From: Chloroflexota bacterium
GTDB lineage: Bacteria; Chloroflexota; UBA11872
DNA: 37,471 bases
Direction: 5' to 3'
NCBI GenBank assembly: GCA_028875175.1
Contig: JAPPFO010000237.1
Coordinates: 1 to 37,471 of the forward strand
Shown: positions 35,355-37,471 of the stretch, one piece after another
How positions within the stretch are numbered: the first letter of the stretch is position 1
Layout of the letters: the number at the start of each line of letters is the position of its first letter
Program-made: the position numbers and the translations under genes
The notes under the pieces: model-generated
Databases searched by the model: none
What the model saw: the letters and a program-made list of their open reading frames with translations, nothing else
Told to the model about the DNA's origin: nothing

Positions 35355-35993
35355 CTACTCGTGCACGTTGACGCCGAAGCGTCGATACAAACCGAGCGCC
35401 ATGGCGTCGTCCGGGCTGGTTTGCCGTTTCAACTCAAGCAGCCCGCCCAGGACAGCGCCCCAAATCGCGTAGATCCACCACAGATCCGGCTGACCGAACA
35501 ACGCGTACAGACCAAAGACCGCAGGTAGCAGCGCGTGCACGGTAGGCGTTGCGTCAGTCGTCCGGCGACGCGGCAGTAAGGCCACCAGCCAGATACCCAG
35601 GCAGACGGCCCAAATCGCGGGCTGAGCGACGAGCAATCCAAAGCCCATGGTTGTAGTCCCACGGCTTCCACGAAAACGTACGAAGACCTGCCACATGCTG
35701 CCCGTTGTCACCGCGGTGATGGCGATGAGTTCAACCACCGGCTCGTTTGGCGCCAGTGCCCGCGCAAGCAGCACCGACGAGGCGGCGGCAGCCACGTTCC
35801 AGAGCAGGGCGATCACAGCGGGGAGCTTGCCGGCTCTGAAAAAGGTGTTCTGAATGCCCAGGTTGCCCGAGCCGGTGTTGCGCAGGTCCGAGCGCTTGAG
35901 GATGGCCGTCGCGAGCAACGCCGCCGGGACGCTGCCAATCATGTAGGCAATCGTGCCTACAAGGGCGTACGTTGGGATGTGTTCAGGGTTCAA
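35355..35993 (-). CDS. PlsY-like (glycerol-3-phosphate acyltransferase family) membrane protein, divergent
   Basis: YMIGSVP, DLRNTGSGNLG and FRGSRG motifs; multi-TM; GGAG RBS before TTG. Confidence 0.8.
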   Translation of the reverse strand: MNPEHIPTYALVGTIAYMIGSVPAALLATAILKRSDLRNTGSGNLGIQNTFFRAGKLPAVIALLWNVAAAASSVLLARALAPNEPVVELIAITAVTTGSMWQVFVRFRGSRGTTTMGFGLLVAQPAIWAVCLGIWLVALLPRRRTTDATPTVHALLPAVFGLYALFGQPDLWWIYAIWGAVLGGLLELKRQTSPDDAMALGLYRRFGVNVHE

Positions 35994-36017
35994 CGCGGGT
36001 GCTCCGCCGCATTCTAT

Positions 36018-37193
36018 CTAGCCGTCTCGGGTCGCGCCGGAAGGCTGCGGCACGGGCGGTCCCGCGGCCGCCTCCCGGTAGACCTCGATCAGGCGCTGCG
36101 CGGACTGACGCCAGGAATAAGCCCACCGCCGCTCGTGGCCGCGTGCGATCAGTTCGCTTCGGCTCGCTTCATCTGTAAGCAGTGTGCTGAGCCCGTCCGC
36201 CAACGCCTCCGGATCCGAGGGATCCACCGCGAGCGCCGCGTCCGCGGCAACTTCGGTGGTCGCTGGAGTATCCGCGGTCAGGACAGGACACCCGCAGGCG
36301 AAGGCTTCCAGGATGGGAATGCCAAACCCTTCGCCGTGGCTTGGATAGGCGTAGACGGAGGCCAGCGAATAGAGGGCTCGCAACGTACCGTCGCTTACGC
36401 GGCCCACGAAGCGAACACGGTCGCCGGCCTGTTCGATGGCCGCATAGACCCGATCGCAAAGCCAGCCCTCGCTTCCGGCATGGATGTGTTCGATGGTGGG
36501 AAGTCCGCTGCGCGCCGACGCCAGCGACACCGCTCGAGCCAAACCTTCGATGTTCTTGCGCGGCTGGATGGTTCCCACGGAGAGCACGAATCGTTCAGGC
36601 AGCGCGAGCTGCTTCCGAACCGCGGCAAGCTCGTCGCCGTCCGTGACCGGGCCAAACCAGTCCGGCACCGCATTGGGAACCACGCGAATCCGCTGCGGCC
36701 GCACGCCGTAGCGCTGCATCAGGTCGCGCTTCGTGGCCTCGGAGACCGCGATCACCAGCCGGGCGCGATCGATCGACTTCGGTACGGCCGTCTCCAGGAA
36801 CCGGCGTTGGCGCGGATGCGCATCCTGCGGACGGATGACATACGACAAGTCGTGGACGGTCAGCACACCGTGGGCGGCCGCGAGCGGCGGCAGGGTGAAG
36901 TCGGGACCATGGAATATCCGGGCCGGTCCGGCCAGGGCCTCACCCGGTACCGGAAGCCGCGCCTTGAACCAGGTCGCCAGCGCGACTCGGGGCGAAACGG
37001 GAATCCGGCGTACGTTCACCCGCTCATGAACGGCCAGCGCGTCCGCTTCCCGCGACGGCCCGCGACGCGTGTACACAAGCGTCAAATCGGGTCGGTCGGG
37101 TTCGATTACGAGCGCGTTGACAAGCTCACGAACCGAACGTCCGATCCCGGCCTGTTGCGTCGCCGCGGCGGTAATGTCAATCGCGACGCGCAT
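36018..37193 (-). CDS. Glycosyltransferase family 4
   Basis: MRVAID, AGIGR, LTVHDL, VGTIQPRKNI and EGFGIPILEAFACGCPV motifs. Confidence 0.93.
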   Translation of the reverse strand: MRVAIDITAAATQQAGIGRSVRELVNALVIEPDRPDLTLVYTRRGPSREADALAVHERVNVRRIPVSPRVALATWFKARLPVPGEALAGPARIFHGPDFTLPPLAAAHGVLTVHDLSYVIRPQDAHPRQRRFLETAVPKSIDRARLVIAVSEATKRDLMQRYGVRPQRIRVVPNAVPDWFGPVTDGDELAAVRKQLALPERFVLSVGTIQPRKNIEGLARAVSLASARSGLPTIEHIHAGSEGWLCDRVYAAIEQAGDRVRFVGRVSDGTLRALYSLASVYAYPSHGEGFGIPILEAFACGCPVLTADTPATTEVAADAALAVDPSDPEALADGLSTLLTDEASRSELIARGHERRWAYSWRQSAQRLIEVYREAAAGPPVPQPSGATRDG

Positions 37194-37195
37194 GA

Positions 37196-37375
37196 CTACC
37201 GGCGCTTGAGGCGGGTGAATACGAACAGCAGTCCGCCGGTCAGGATGACTGACCAGTAGGTGATGACCCGGTCGACAATCGCGACCGCTCCGGCGACGCC
37301 TCCGCCAACGCCGATCAGCCGCATCAGGCCCAGCAGGCCGCCCTCCACCGCGCCCAGGCCACCCGGCGTCGGGCC
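37196..37375 (-). CDS. C-terminal fragment of a lysylphosphatidylglycerol-synthase-TM / flippase-like (UPF0104) protein
   Basis: PTPGGLGAVEG...AVAIVDRVITYW is the family's C-terminal pattern; the 5' part is lost in unreliable terminal sequence. Confidence 0.78.
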   Translation of the reverse strand, partial: GPTPGGLGAVEGGLLGLMRLIGVGGGVAGAVAIVDRVITYWSVILTGGLLFVFTRLKRR

Positions 37376-37471
37376 CGCCCCCCCCCCCGCCCCCCCCCGG
37401 GCCCCCCAGACCCCCCCCGGGGGGGGGGGCGCCAAAAAAAAAACCCCCCCGACGAATGCCCCGCGCCCCCA
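37376..37471. other. Low-complexity homopolymer tail, probable sequencing/assembly artefact
   Basis: Abrupt switch to long C, G and A runs at the sequence end inside an otherwise normal CDS. Confidence 0.8.

Noticed and set aside
37376-37471. G-quadruplex, phase-variable tract or Gly/Pro-rich N-terminus of ORF 37196..37435
   Set aside because: Homopolymer runs at the very end of the sequence interrupt a conserved CDS, which is typical of a low-quality read tail.
1-37471. Full reassignment of TAG to a sense codon
   Set aside because: TAG occurs only at natural domain ends and never inside conserved domains, so it functions as a stop.

Overview
GC-rich bacterial fragment, probably Chloroflexota (inferred from a Chloroflexi-type surface repeat domain and TANNNT -10 boxes). 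From left to right it carries: an IS481-like terminus and a nest of REP-like hairpins and MITEs; a pentose-phosphate cluster (gluconokinase-like, rpiB, an intercalated membrane protein, tal, pgi, zwf, MITE-in-REP, opcA); a geranylgeranyl-reductase-family enzyme; a Gfo/Idh/MocA oxidoreductase; glpK with a TIM-barrel isomerase; dcd-NUDIX with two orphan peptide-binding proteins; a rhodanese; a PD40/TolB-like surface protein; a LarA-like/MFS/MFS/ROK operon; a metallophosphoesterase; an ABC exporter operon; a Gfo/Idh/MocA-NIL fusion; and a cluster of three GT4 glycosyltransferases with a degenerate PlsY and a flippase-like gene. The last ~95 nt look like sequencing artefact. Most notable: the REP-targeting MITE with target-site duplication and covarying hairpin, the NIL fusion, two genes that need CTG starts, the PlsY paralog lacking catalytic motifs, and several in-frame TAG gene junctions. 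No single new system is proven from sequence alone.
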